64,000 nt of DNA from Mytilus edulis. Lineage: Eukaryota. Both the position numbers and the translations under genes were made by a program. Positions 24,873-42,700 of the stretch are shown here, piece by piece. The notes below the pieces were generated by a model that did no database searches, was not told the origin of the DNA, and saw nothing but the letters and a program-made list of their open reading frames with translations. The stretch lies in the NCBI RefSeq assembly GCF_963676685.1, contig NC_092344.1, positions 32,984,001 through 33,048,000 on the forward strand, written 5' to 3'. Position 1 is the stretch's first letter; each line of letters begins with the position of its first letter.

Positions 24873-26199
24873 AATGATAACAAAAACAATATTTATACAA
24901 ATAAAAACAATATTCAAAGATCTATTTACAGTGTTGAATTGACAAAAGAGAACCAAAAGGGATATTCAAACTCAAAAGTCGAAAATGAACTGATAACGCT
25001 GTGGCTTAACTCTTGGTTTAGTACCTTCCTTGTGAGCAGCAGCTTTTAGAATAAGTTTATTTAAAGGCTTGATAAGTTTTCGGACTCGGTAAACAACATT
25101 CCCGTAAAATTTAGGGTGTTATGATGTTATGCTCTTCTGGTAAGACCTCTTTTGCTTTGATGCTCACAACTCAGTGTATTATGAATTTCTGACCTATCAA
25201 GCTTACGTTCTCGAGCAAAACTGACCAATTTTTTTTCTCTATCTTTAAAATTGATATTGGATTTAAAATTTAAAGATAACGTTAAATCTATCAGTATACT
25301 CACGGTCACTCTACGTGGATGATGTTATCACCAAATAGATATCGTTTTGTAAATACCGAATGTGATGTCTAGGCATATTTCAAATTAAAATCATGTCTCT
25401 AGTTTCTTTTCAAAGTAAATATTGAGTGGTACAGAGTATTTACCTCTTTTTATTTTTTTTAAATAACTGTGACATTCAATCAATTCACTATTATATTTCC
25501 TATAAAATGCATAATGATTTTTAAACGGAAAGTTCTATTTGTTCAAACACTTTATCAAGTTTTAAATAAATAAATAAACTTTAAAATCGTCCGATTTAAA
25601 TTAGTTGCATTATTTCTTATGAACTAGATTCGATATAAGGCCGAACGAGAAAAAACGGCTTTTGATATTGCAACTAAAGAAGAAAGACTTCTAATATTAT
25701 TTTCAAGGTCTACAAAATAACGAGAACAATATGTGACAAAAAATAATCTTTAATAACTTCTTTGTACACCTTTATGTTATATTGCTCAATACTTTAATTA
25801 TGTGGTTAGTTAACTTTTAATCCCTATGAGCATGACCAAGTTAATTAAATCTAAAAATATTCCAGTGACTTGTGATTGAAATAAGGATTTGCTCAAACAA
25901 TATCGAAAATTTGAAAATCCATTTTGAACATGTTGAATATATATTATGCAAATAAAGAGATTTTTTTTAATGTATTCGCACGAACTTTTAAACGAAGCAA
26001 ATCAGTGTTCGTGGACGGGGTGCGCATATTTTAGGTGTCAGACCACCAATTACCCCTATGTGAAAGTAGGCCTACTCGGATCCACAAAAGATGACCATGC
26101 AATCCATTTATACTTTTCAGGGTCGTCACGTTTGACATAGAAACGGGCATGATATCAAAAGAAACTTGAAAACATTTAAAATTAAAATGTACTGCAAGT

Positions 26200-26460
26200 A
26201 AAAGAGGGACGAAAGATACCAGAGGGACAGTCAAACTCATAAATCGAAAATAATCTGACAACGCCATGGCTAAAAATGAAAAAGACAAACAGACAAACAA
26301 TAGTACACATGACACAACATAGAAAACTTAAGAATAAGCAACACAAACCCCACAAAAAAACTAGGGGTGATCTCAGGTGCTCCGGAAGGGAAAGCAGATC
26401 CTGCTCCACATGTGGCACCCGTCGTGTTGCTCATGTTATTACAAATCCAGTAAATAGTAA
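26200..26460 (-). mobile_element. Penelope-like 3' tail fragment
   Basis: Reverse complement matches 1750-1918 joined to 2810-2882. Confidence 0.8.
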
Positions 26461-26600
26461 ACTATAGGAATTAAACACACCAAAGGCCAGACATAATAAA
26501 AGTTAACTCATTCTTGTCATAGATTATAATTTAGTATGAATAAAACGAAATAATGTAATGCTGTTTGATATTGAGTTCCATGCGATGTTTTCTTGATAAT

Positions 26601-30783
<4,183 letters not shown>

Positions 30784-32076
30784 TTTTAACTAACCTGTTT
30801 CCTAGGGTAAACAAATTTGAAAAACGTAATACTTCAGTAACATTTTCATATTGGTCAAAAGTAGATTAATAAAAATACCGAACTCCAAGGAAAATTCAAA
30901 ACAAAAAGTCCCTTTTCAAATGGCAAAATCACATTAAACGAATGGGAAACAGTTGTCACATTCCTAAACTGGTATGGGCATTTCCTTATGTAGAAAATGG
31001 TGGATACACCTGGTTTCATAGCTAGCTTACCTCTCACTTGTATCTTGTATGACAATAGCATAGAATTCCATTATATTGACAACCATTTGTGAGCAAAACA
31101 AACATGCATAATAGTTTATAAAATGCATCAAAATAAAAATATCTACATATTTACATAGACAATAATAGTGTACTGACTTAACATAAAGTTAATAAGAATG
31201 AGGCTTAAAAACGGGGAAATGCGAGGCTCTGTCTAGCTGTCTCCCGTTTCGGGTCGAATACTTATATTATCGTTGATACGTCAAGTCAATATACTATTAT
31301 TGTCTTCATACAGTAATTATAGAAAAAAACATTTTCAACTGTTGTTTATTGCTTTATTGTTATTTATTTGATTTAAATATTGGTAAACCCCCCTTTAACA
31401 AGGCGTAACATCTGGCGGAGAAATATACACAATATGTACATTATCAATCGATGGTGAATGATTTCGTAGAATCGTTTGAGTATGGGCTAAAATATGAACA
31501 ATAAGCATAAAACATTATGATTTATAGATTTTAAACAAAAAATATTAACAAGAGAAATATGTTTTTCCAAATAATTGTAAAAAAATTAAGTTTGAGTTGT
31601 TCCCCTCTACAGGTTGAAGTGGTCATCATGAATATTTAATTATAGTTCCGCCTCTACTATTTGAATATTCATGAGCAAAAAGTGCTACGTAGATTTGACT
31701 ATTGAACGTGTAGCTATAGACTAGTTGTTACATATATATTGATAGCAGCTACGTAGCTGCTTCGATATTGAACTCAACCCTGGTCATTACTGTTGAAATG
31801 ACATTTTTGGGAGCCGAGCTATTTCCCCGTTTCGGGCCGAATCCTTATATCGTTAATTGAAATGTCAAGTCAACCCACTATTATTGTCTTTATTCTGCAA
31901 TCTAGAAAAAAAACCATGTTCTATTGTTGTTGATTGTGTTCTTGTTATTTATTTGATTTAAAGGTGAGGAAAAAAAAACTCTTTTTAAAAAAAGGCTTCA
32001 TATCCGGCGGAGAAATATACAGCACGAAGAATTATACAACACGGAGAAATACACAACACAATGAAATTAACATTAC

Positions 32077-32201
32077 CAGGGTTGAGTTCAATATCGTAGC
32101 AGCTAGATTTTGACTATTGCACGTGTAGCTATAGCTAGACTAGTTGTTACATAGATATTGATAGCAGCTACGTAGCTGCTACGATATTGAACTCAACCCT
32201 G
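32077..32201. mobile_element. 125-bp hAT-like MITE
   Basis: ~29-bp TIR CAGGGTTGAGTTCAATATCGTAGCAGCTA. A partial second copy lies at ~31683-31782. No TSD resolved. Confidence 0.75.
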
Positions 32202-32263
32202 TTGAAACCAATCGATGGGGAGTGAATTCGTTTTAGTATGGACTAAAATATCAACAATTAGCA

Positions 32264-32536
32264 TCTATACTATTAAACGAGAAGACCTCATTTTGTGTGT
32301 CGCTTCTCCTCCTTCTTCAATAAATTAATCATCATACTATTAAACGAGAAGACCTCATTTTGTGTGTCGCTTCTCCTCCTTCTTCAATAAATTAATCATC
32401 ATACTATTAAACGAGAAGACCTCATTTTGTGTGTCGCTTCTCCTCCTTCTTCAATAAATTAATCATCATACTATTAAACGAGAAGACCTCATTTTGTGTG
32501 TCGCTTCTCCTCCTTCTTCAATAAATTAATCATCAC
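32264..32536 (+). mobile_element. Helitron 5' terminus, tandemly repeated as 4 x 67 bp
   Basis: Begins A|TCTATACTATTAAACGAGAAGACC. Four identical 67-bp units (TATTAAACGA at 32271, 32338, 32405, 32472). The paralogous empty site reads ...AGCA|T at 31507/31508, consistent with A/T insertion. Confidence 0.7.
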
Positions 32537-33248
32537 GACTCTGTGTTCTTTAGGTAACATGCATAGTCGCATTTGCCATCCGTTCTTAATTATTCAGATT
32601 GAGTTATTTTGGGAGAAAAACGACAAAATAGGTGTCCGAATATGGTTTCCGTTATCAGACTGACTTTTAGTCATAGATAAGACTTCCGGTTTTTAACATG
32701 CACATGAACAACCAATCGTATGATAGATTAAAAAAATGAAAAATAAATAAGCCAGTCAGAGCGTTCTCCTTATCAAGGTTTTTAGATCGCAAGAACCACA
32801 ACTATTATACCTCCTTAGGGAAAATTATGTTTTTAATCCACCTGTAAACTACGATTATACTACTATAATATACAGAGGGTTTCTGTTTTCTGTCTGCTTT
32901 TTTCTGAAATATCTACTATATAAGGTGTCATACCAGTAACATATATATATTGAAATAAGTAAAACATGTGGAAACAAGAATGTGTCCATAGTATACAGAT
33001 GCCACATCGGCACTATCATTTTATGTTTAGTGGACCGTGAAATGGGGTAAAATCTCTAATTTGGCATTAAAATAGAGAACATATTTACTAAGTTTCAAGT
33101 TGGTTGGACTTCAACTTCATCAAAAACTACCTCGACAAAAACTTTAACCTAAAGCGACACAGACGGACGATATAATTTCCATGAATGGGACATAATTGTT
33201 GAAAGTGAAAGTAGTGATTTGGCCAAAATGAAAGTAGGGTAGAGATTA

Positions 33249-33438
33249 GAGGGAGACAGGACTTATTCGGGACGTCGGGAATCGGGTGTTTTTAAGCTCG
33301 GGATTTCAGGATTGATATTTACGGGGTGCGGAATATTTTTTTTAATTTTGAGATATCGGGATATGATGTTTCGTTAAAATACGCAATAAGCTCGGGATTT
33401 CATGTTTTTAAGCCCGGGATTTCGGGATCAGGACCCTC
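33249..33438. mobile_element. MITE with GAGGG...CCCTC ends and CGGGATTT repeats
   Basis: Terminal GAGGG/CCCTC and multiple (T)CGGGATTTC motifs. No TSD found. Confidence 0.5.
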
Positions 33439-33652
33439 ATTTATACGAGATTGGCATGTCAATAGGGCTCTCAAAAGGAAAATCACTGATGGATTGTCCT
33501 AGAAGCACATTTTATTAGAACAATAATGGTCTATAAGCAGTTTAATTTATTTCATGTTTGAAGTTTTTTAATTTAATATGACTTTTACCCAAAAAAATGC
33601 ATTGTAGCAAAGGGGAAGAATGATTGTGGTATAAGGCCAGCAACACGAAAAA

Positions 33653-33653
<1 letters not shown>

Positions 33654-33683
<30 letters not shown>

Positions 33684-33686
33684 AAA
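33654..33686 (+). repeat. (GAA)n microsatellite
   Basis: About 10 GAA units. Confidence 0.95.
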
Positions 33687-34540
33687 ACTAAAATGAAACA
33701 TTAAAAAAAATGTATACATTGGCAAGAAGGACAGATTGGAGAGGTTGTCATGAATATTTAAATATAGTCACGGCTTTACTGTTTAAATATTCTTGAGGAA
33801 AAGTGATATCGAGTCAGTGACTGTATATGACATAGAAATATATAGTCATTTTGACTTGTCAAATGTAACGAGTGCAGTATAAATAGAAATATACAGTCAA
33901 CGCATTTTGACTGCTCAAATTAAACGAGTGCAGATCTTAGAACTGTCAGAACAATTTGTCATAAAACTGTTCTAAACTGTCCTAAAACAGTTCTGCCTGT
34001 CTAAAACTGTCTAAAAGTTGTCAGGATGACAGTAGATAGATACTGTCCTGGAACAGTTCTCCTGACAGTTTTGTTGAGAGGTTAGAAGTGATCTCACTGT
34101 ATATATATATATATTTTTTTTTATCAAAGTAAAAAGCCATAAACAATTCTTAATGTACATGTTTCATAGCCCCTCCCCGAAACTTAACAAAATGGTTCTC
34201 CCTTGTATGTGCGCAAATAGTTATCACCGAAATAAGTTATTGTTCTCAATGTGTTTGTTTATTAATTTTGCTGTTTTCGAGATTTGGTTTGTTTGCCAAT
34301 AAGACAACTATCAATTTTACTTTGAATGACGTTGATGTAAGCAAATGAAAATGTAAAACACATAGTGCAGCTAAAGACAACTTCTTAATTACAACATATA
34401 CACGTGACTGACTTTGGACAAGCTCATCAGAAAACTACTTGGATATTGATTGTGGAAATTATGAAAAAGTAAAGAAAAAACCGAGCAAAATTCTAAAAAA
34501 GACAACAATATGGCTTATAAATTCAATCCCTGGACCATTA

Positions 34541-34699
34541 CAGTGGCGGATCCAGGGGGGGGGGGGGGGGTGGAACCCCCCTTTTTTGGCCGATCAATGC
34601 ATTTGAATGAGAGCATATAGTTGGACCCCCCCCCCCTTTTTTACTCTGGGTTGGGAACCCCCCCCCCCCCCCCTTTTAAAATGGCTGGATCCGCCACTG
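34541..34699. mobile_element. 159-bp MITE with 15-bp TIR and 5-bp TSD
   Basis: TIR CAGTGGCGGATCCAG/CTGGATCCGCCACTG; CATTA duplicated at 34536-34540 and 34700-34704; internal poly-G/poly-C runs. Confidence 0.9.
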
Positions 34700-36799
34700 C
34701 ATTATTTAGTATACAGGGCCTATACAAATATTCGCCAAACGTATAAGTATTGGTAGTTATGCAACGATAAACAAAATAGCATAATTGCATAAATAGCATA
34801 TTGATCTCTCACAATTAGTGCTTATCAAACTGACTTAATGTTCAGCTTCTGGAGCCTAGGCGGTCCGAAACTCCCGACTACATGTCGCCACATCTACAAC
34901 TTATGGACATACATTTTGTACTTCTATTTCCGGATATTTAATTTGCAACAACAGCTTTGAAAGAATAAGAGTAAGTTAACATTATGTTAATTTTAGATAT
35001 TTAATTCCGCCCAAACCGGCTCTAGGAGCCATAAGCATTACGCCATGTTAAAAGCAATGGAACAAAGTGCAAAACTACATAGTACTTACTATCTTCTTCT
35101 CTCGTGTAAGCTACCTTAATAGTACGAATATACAATATTATCATATAAACTGATTTTGAAATGACCTAGATAACCATTATCCACAATATCGTTATGTCAA
35201 CAGATAAAGAATCTTGGGTGTTAGAGAGTCTTTATACCTAAATTCGTTGTTTTTGGCTATCTACAGTGAAGACACAAAAAAAAGATAATGTGATTGCTGC
35301 GTTGAAACTCGTGTATACATGAAACGATATCACCATAAGTATTTTTCTCTGCTTAAAAACGCGTGTCGTCTATCCCTTTGTGTTAATTTTCCCTGTCCCG
35401 TCCGACCGTCTTGTTCCATCCTTTTTAATTTTTACCTTTCAATTTGGTTTCCGTGACGTCCACTGCAAACTGTCAAAGGGAAACAGCTAGCCGTGGCAGT
35501 AGTTTTGTTCCACCGCCACACCTTTTGTCCATCTATTATAGTCGTTTTAAGCATAATTGCTAAAACCATATAAAAGTAATAACAATCGTCTCTTAAGACA
35601 ATAACTCATAACTGCACCCAATTATTTGTAGATCTTCTTATACTGATTATTTTGGTGGTTTAGTTTCATATATTTTTAAGACGTCTGACAATTTGAATCC
35701 GTAAATAAATGGTAAACTTGTATGGTTCGATGTTTTTAGAATTTTGCTAAAGTACGGCGTACGATGACGACAGACTCTCAGTGATTGCAATAGCCAACTT
35801 GCATCAATTCATATTTTTAGTAAGTATCAAGAAATAAACAGTTGGGGTGATTATTATGGCCTCGTTTAATACAACAGACACAGCTTTACTTTTAGTCTAA
35901 ATTGTCAGTTACCCTCATTTTAGTTATTCTGTTTATGCTATGCTATCTTTCTTCTGATACCTATTCCAACATCGGACTCGGGCATCTTTTTATCTGAGTT
36001 TAACTGTGAGTATTGGTGTATGTTTGTTTATTCCACCGGTTGGCTAGAGGTATAGGGAGATGATTGAGACCTCACAAAACATGTTTAACCCTGCCGCATG
36101 TCTTCGCCTGTCCAAAGTCAGGAACCTCTAGTCTTTGTTAGTCTCGCGAATTTTCGTTTTATATTATGGGTTATTTATAATGTTAGGCGTTAGGTGTGGC
36201 GTCTATTCCGCTGAACTAGTATACATTATTGTTAAGGGGACAGATAAAGACCACGTCCAGATGCGGGATTTTTTCTAGCTGCGTTGAAGACCAAATGGTG
36301 GCATTGGGCTGTTTTCTGATCTTTGGTCGGGTTGTTCTCTCTTTCACACACTGCCCGTGTTCATTCTCAGTTCTATAAAATGTATTGCTTAAAACCTTTT
36401 CTGGGTGTTTTCCAAAGAATACCTAGGTTCAATTTGTGTATAGTTTTGTTTAATTATGAGCATTTTTTAGTCTTTGGGGAAATGTTTTTAAATTAACATT
36501 TATGTTTTGTAAACATGCGTCTCTGTCTATCTTCAGTGTACCATTACACCAAATATACCTTTTTCGTAAGCAATAATAACATCACTGATTTCGATGCTAG
36601 AAACAAATTGAGGCTATAAAAAAAACATATCAAAAATATAATGCCCATTCAAACTGTTATGATCCAAATGGTTATGCGATATCTTGAGTTTCACACAAAG
36701 CAGTACCCGGCAAGAATACGAATATGTAATTATAATGACTATAATGATACGAACTATTGTAATTGACTTGTTAATATATGGTCAACATAATGTTTTCAA

Positions 36800-39700
36800 C
36801 TATCCTTCAAACTGAACTGCAGGATTTCCTTTCGCTCCAAGATCAGTCACTTTAAACACAGATCCAGACAATGGATACTTTGATAACTCTTCTTCAGGGC
36901 ATCCGTATCGACTGCATGTGACGAACATCTCGTCGTAATATGTACCTCCAAAACAGCAAGATGAGGTTCTGTGTGCTGGCATGTGGATTACACTTACACT
37001 TTTACCTTTAAAGAATAATGCATCATAAACTATACAAGCATAACAATTCTTCAGTGGACTGTGAAATTGGGGCCAAAAATTTAATTATGTTTAAGTTGGT
37101 AATATAAGCAAGGGTAGCGATAAGTGCTTTCATTTTTATCAATTACATGATATTTGGATGGATCTTTACTGAGTTAGGTTTACAATATAATTAAAATATT
37201 GATCTCTGATTACGTTATACTACATAAATTATGTTTATAACATTACAGAAACAAATCCGCTTTAAAATGGGTTCAATTGGTGCCCATGGGAATACATATA
37301 AGACGTCAATACACTTTATTACTGAAACGTATACCTATATGTATATACATAATCAATGCAATAATTTAAATCTTTAATCAAGGTTCAATAAATATAACTC
37401 TTTCGTAGTTTTAGTTTTCATTATTGTAAGTTTTTTTAACATGATATGTGGATAACTTTTCGTTGGGTGCTAGTATTTGTTTCTTAATAAGAGTTCATAT
37501 TGTTCTATAGTGTGCTTGTTATTTTGATGTCCTATATAATTGTTTCTTCCCTTACTTCATAATTTTTCTACAAACCTGTGTCAGGATCGAATTGAACAAC
37601 TCGTCCACCAAAGAAAAAAGCAACCCATAATTTTCCATCAGTGTCCATAGTCATACCATCAGGGACTCCTAGTATACTCTCTGTTCCTGGTTCAAATTTG
37701 ATCAGTGTCTGTTGGTTTTCTATAACAGAGATACATGACTACTTGTTATCATACTTAAATGCCATTTTTGACAATAACTCCATACTTGGAAAAGGTCACA
37801 TGGGTGGGTGTGTTACAATAATCGAAAACGTAGCTTCCTTTAAACTTGTTTTTATTCATATCGACCGTTTATTTAATTTGAATTATAACTGGATTGCAAA
37901 TCTGGCTAATTACCGACACAGAAATTGTGCCTTACAAAATGTATCGTAAGCGAAGAAATGTATGCCCAAATTTTCTGGGAGTATTTAGGGGACGACTATT
38001 TGTTTTATTCTGGTGAACCTAAACATATTGGCTTCATTAATTGATATGAGTATATGAGTTACATTTAAGTAGCCTTTGTGGTTTTTAACTGTCTTTACTT
38101 TGGCAAAATTCTCAGTGTACCAAATTTTAATCCGCCCTATGGAGTTGATGAGTAATGGCATGGCCAATTTAACTGGTTCGTTTAACCTAGAGCAAACATA
38201 TAAGGAATTAGAATTCGGTCATCTGAACAACAAAAACGAATTCTAAATGTGCAATAGTTGCAATACTTCGCTCAAGCATGTGCAATCGAACTATAAGGCT
38301 AACTCTATGAAATGCGAACGAAATAATATCGCATTACTCTTTCTATGCAAACTAACTCTTTTCCTAAGTCAGGAACCTGTTATTCGGTGGATGTCGTTTG
38401 TTTGTGTGGTTCATAAGTGTTTTTCGTTTTTTTTATATACTAAGTAGATAAGGCCGTCGGTTTTCCTGTTTTAATGGTTTTACACTCACTACTGTCGTTT
38501 TGGGGTCCTTTACAGCTTGTTGTTCGGTGTGAGCCAAGGCTCTGTGTTGAAGGCCGCTTTTTTTACCTCTGATTGTTTCCTTTTTACACAATTAGACTTG
38601 GATTGATAGTCGTCTCATTGGTACTTACACCACATCGTCTTATATCTATTAACAGCAACACATTAATCTAGCAAACGTGTCAAACCATTTATATTAGACA
38701 TAAAACGACCTTCATACTGCTACATGCCATCCGTTTTTAATACGCATGTATAGTCTGTGTGTAGCTTATATTATTTTGAACTTCTTGGGCGTAAACGCAC
38801 TGAAAAATTCATAACATGCAATTTACAACAAAAGTTCTCATAAAACATGCACTTTATATTTTAAGAGATATAAATCTTGGTAGGTGAAGTGCAAATAAAT
38901 TGTTTTTAACAACATATTCCAACATTTGTTCATATGTTAAAAGACTGACAGGATCAGGCTTTCTTTCAGCAGAAGATGTTTATGATAACAACTTTGAACC
39001 AGATGCTCCGCAGTGCGCAGCTTTATACGACCGCAGAGGTTGAACCCTGAACGGTTGGGGCAAGTATGGACACAACATTCAAGCTGGATTCAGCTCTAAA
39101 TTTGGATTGTGATTAAATAGTTGACACAGCATAGGTTTCTGACACAGAATGAATGTGGTCTAATGAAATTAAAAAAAAATGTTTGCCTTTGAGCAATTCA
39201 CTATGCTGTTGAATATTAATCCTCTCAAAAAAATGTTTGAAGAAATTTTCTTTTTATTTATGAAATCTGAAAGGAAAAAAATTGACCCTCCAATTTTTTT
39301 TCACATCCCCCTTTCCTTTATTTCAAAACTGATCTCAATTCAAATTTCTAATGAAGTTTGCAACAATAACTACTCATTTAAATACATCATAAAATATTAA
39401 AATGTAAAAAAAGTACTTGTTATCACTGAATGGTAAAGATTGTTTTAATCTATCAGTTGGTAGTAAACGTGAATATACATTGTATATTGTATAAAACAAT
39501 GATTTAAGTTGATTCAACTACTATTCTGGACAAAGAAAGATAACTCCAATTGAAATCCAATTGGAATTTCTTGCTATTGCACAATATTGTGCAATTAGAT
39601 ATTTCTTGCTATTGTGCAATACTGTGCAATTGAAAATATTTGCTATTGCACAATACTGTGCAATTGAAGATTTCTTGCTATTGCACAATACTGTGCAATT

Positions 39701-42700
39701 GAAGATTTCTTGCTATTGCTGAATACTGTGCAATTGAAAATTTGTTGCTATTGCACAATACTTAATATAATAATTTTGGATCCTGATTTGGACCAACTTG
39801 AAAACTGGGTCCATAATCAAAAATCTAAGTACATGTTTAGATTCAGCATATCAAAGAGGCCCAAGAATTCAATTTTTGTTAAAATCAAACTTAGTTTAAT
39901 TTTGGACCCTTTGGACGTTAATGTAAACCAATTTTAAAACGGGACCAAAAATTAAGAATCTACATACACAGTTAGATTTGGCATATCAAAGAACCCCAAT
40001 TATTCAATTTTTGATGAAATCAAACAAAGTTTAATTTTGGACCCCGATTTGGACCAACTTGAAAACTGGGCCAATAATAAAAAATCTAAGTACATTTTTA
40101 GATTCAGCATATCAAAGAACCCAAAGGATTTACATTTTTGTTAAAATCAAACTAAGTTTAATTTTGGACCCTTTGGACCTTAATGTAGACCAATTTGAAA
40201 ACGGGACCAAAAATTAAGAATCTACATACACAGTTAGATTCGGCATATCAAAGAACCCCAATTATTCAATTTTTGATAAAATCAAACAAAGTTTAAATCT
40301 GGACCCTTTGGGCCCTTTATTCCTAAACTGTTGGGACCAAAACTCCCAAAATCAATACCAACCTTCCTTTTATGGTCATAAACCTTGTGTTTAAATTTCA
40401 TTGATTTCTATTTACTTAAACTAAAGTTATTGTGCGAAAACCAAGAATAATGCTTATTTGGGCCCTTTTTTGGCCCCTAATTCCTAAACTGTTGGAACCA
40501 AAACTCCCAAAATCAATCCCAACCTTTCTTTTGTGGTCATAAACCTTATGTCAAAATTTCATAGATTTCTATTTACTTAAACTAAAGTTATAGTGCGAAA
40601 ACCAAGAAAATGCTTATTTGGGCCCTTTTTGGCCCCTAATTCCTAAAATGTTGGGACTAAAACTCCCAAAATCAATCCCAACCTTCCTTTTGTGGTCATA
40701 AACCTTGTGTTAAAATGTTATAGATTTCTATTCACTTTTACTAAAGTTAGAGTGCGAAAACTAAAAGTATTCGGACGCCGACGACGACGACGACGACGAC
40801 GCAGACGACGATGCCAACGTGATAGCATTATACGACGAAAATTTTTTCAAATTTTGCGGTCGTATAAAAATGAAGCATGTCTTAATTTAGAAAGTTTATG
40901 ATACCTATAATTAGAAAATCTACTCTTAATTAAACATTTTAGAACTAAATTTATTTTAAAGTTAACACATAGTATGGGTAAAATCTCTGTGTTTTTACTG
41001 TGCTATAATCTGGATAATGCACTGCAAAGGTGTGCATTAACTACCTCAGATATACTGCACAGTTCAAATCTATTTTTACCTTTAGGGGTGGTTCCTAGAT
41101 TTTAAAAGGGGCGTTATTCTATCAAATTTAAAAAATATATCACCGAGCGTAGCGAGACTAAAAACAATATTGACGATTTTAAGGCAAACACGATAATTTG
41201 TCCAATCCTAGGGTGAACGACATGTTCGTCCCCACCCCCGAATCCGCCATCTGCCTTGAAATTACGACAAAACTGAACTTTGTACAAACATCGTAGTTTC
41301 AGAATAGGAAAAAAAAAGGTTTCTCATTCCTTTTTTTCAACTTAGCTTGAACATAAAATGTACATTTGCGTACAACATAAATCTTAAATCATTGTTTTAA
41401 AGTCAGAAAGAAAGTTAAAACAATTTTTGATAACTTCCGCCAAAAAAGAAATGTATCTAAGAATATCCGAATAAAAGAAATCTGATTTGGACTAGTTTTT
41501 ATTAGATTCAATGGAATTTATAACGACTTCTTGAATATCTATTCCCCATATTTTTGGATCGAATTTAAAGGGGGTCATATTTAAGTTTGTTTAAAAAAAA
41601 GGGAGATTAGCTAGAGATCAATCAGACTTCATTTAGATGGACGTGTCAGTAGATACAAAGAAATTTGGGGGAGGGGGGAGTAAAAGATTGGAAAGAGAAA
41701 CGTATTTTCTGTTTATTCAACATTTAAAATTTAAAATATAACATCTAATTCTTCCTCGGTTTATCTTTCTCTATTAAAGCATATCATTGGTGGAAAGAAA
41801 TTCAAAAGCAATTAATCTAAACTCAATAACCCTTTCAGTTATGATTTTTTTTAATACAACGATTTGAAAGTACTCAATTTGTCAAAGTCTTAATCGTCAT
41901 TTATTAAAAAATAAATGGGAATAGATAGAATAGAAACATTAAAAAAAAAACTACCATTAAATTGCAATTTTACAATAAGTCTAAACCTATAAAAAAAAAG
42001 TTATCAATTTAAAACTTACCAATGAAAGTCGTATTTTCCCTTTCTTTACCCTACAATAAACTTTCCTAGGATCCGTAGATTGCGGGATATCGTCCACATC
42101 TAAAACAATCACGTAAATTTATGACGTCATGTGTTAAAACAGTTATTGGCCAATCAAATCGGTATATAGAATTTAATCTGCACGCGCTCAGGATGACCCT
42201 TTAACCCGAACTCCTACGTCGTTCTGGTTAATAAGGGTCACCTGAGCTGTGCAGATTAAATTCTATATACCGACTTGCTTGGTCAATAACTATAACTTAA
42301 TTATAATTTCTTTAATCATTTGGTGTGACTTATATAAAAATAATATTCTGAAGGTTAAATCAAGACCACAATGTGAAGAAGGACATATAGCCGAGAAAAC
42401 TCAAAAGAACGAAAGACTAACAACGGTTCAGGAGAAGTAAAAAACACGAAAATAAGGCGATGACAAATTTTACCTTCTTTATTGGGCATTACAGTATATA
42501 TATAGAAACTTATCAGTACAAACATACGCGCATACGTACATGTAAAGGGCACTTATTTTGGTTATCTGTTTCAATGTTTAACAAGACTTTATCATCAACA
42601 CAAATAAAATAACTGACAATACCAGCGTACAACAAAAATTAAACACAAAAAAGGAACTACAAATACACATCTATTTTGGTATGCTCTTTTCATAAGAATA

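Noticed and set aside
32264-32536. CRISPR-like array
   Set aside because: Units are contiguous and identical with no unique spacers; eukaryotic context and no cas genes.
40692-40901. Poly-arginine ORF
   Set aside because: Translation of a (GAC)n microsatellite within a Helentron-type element.
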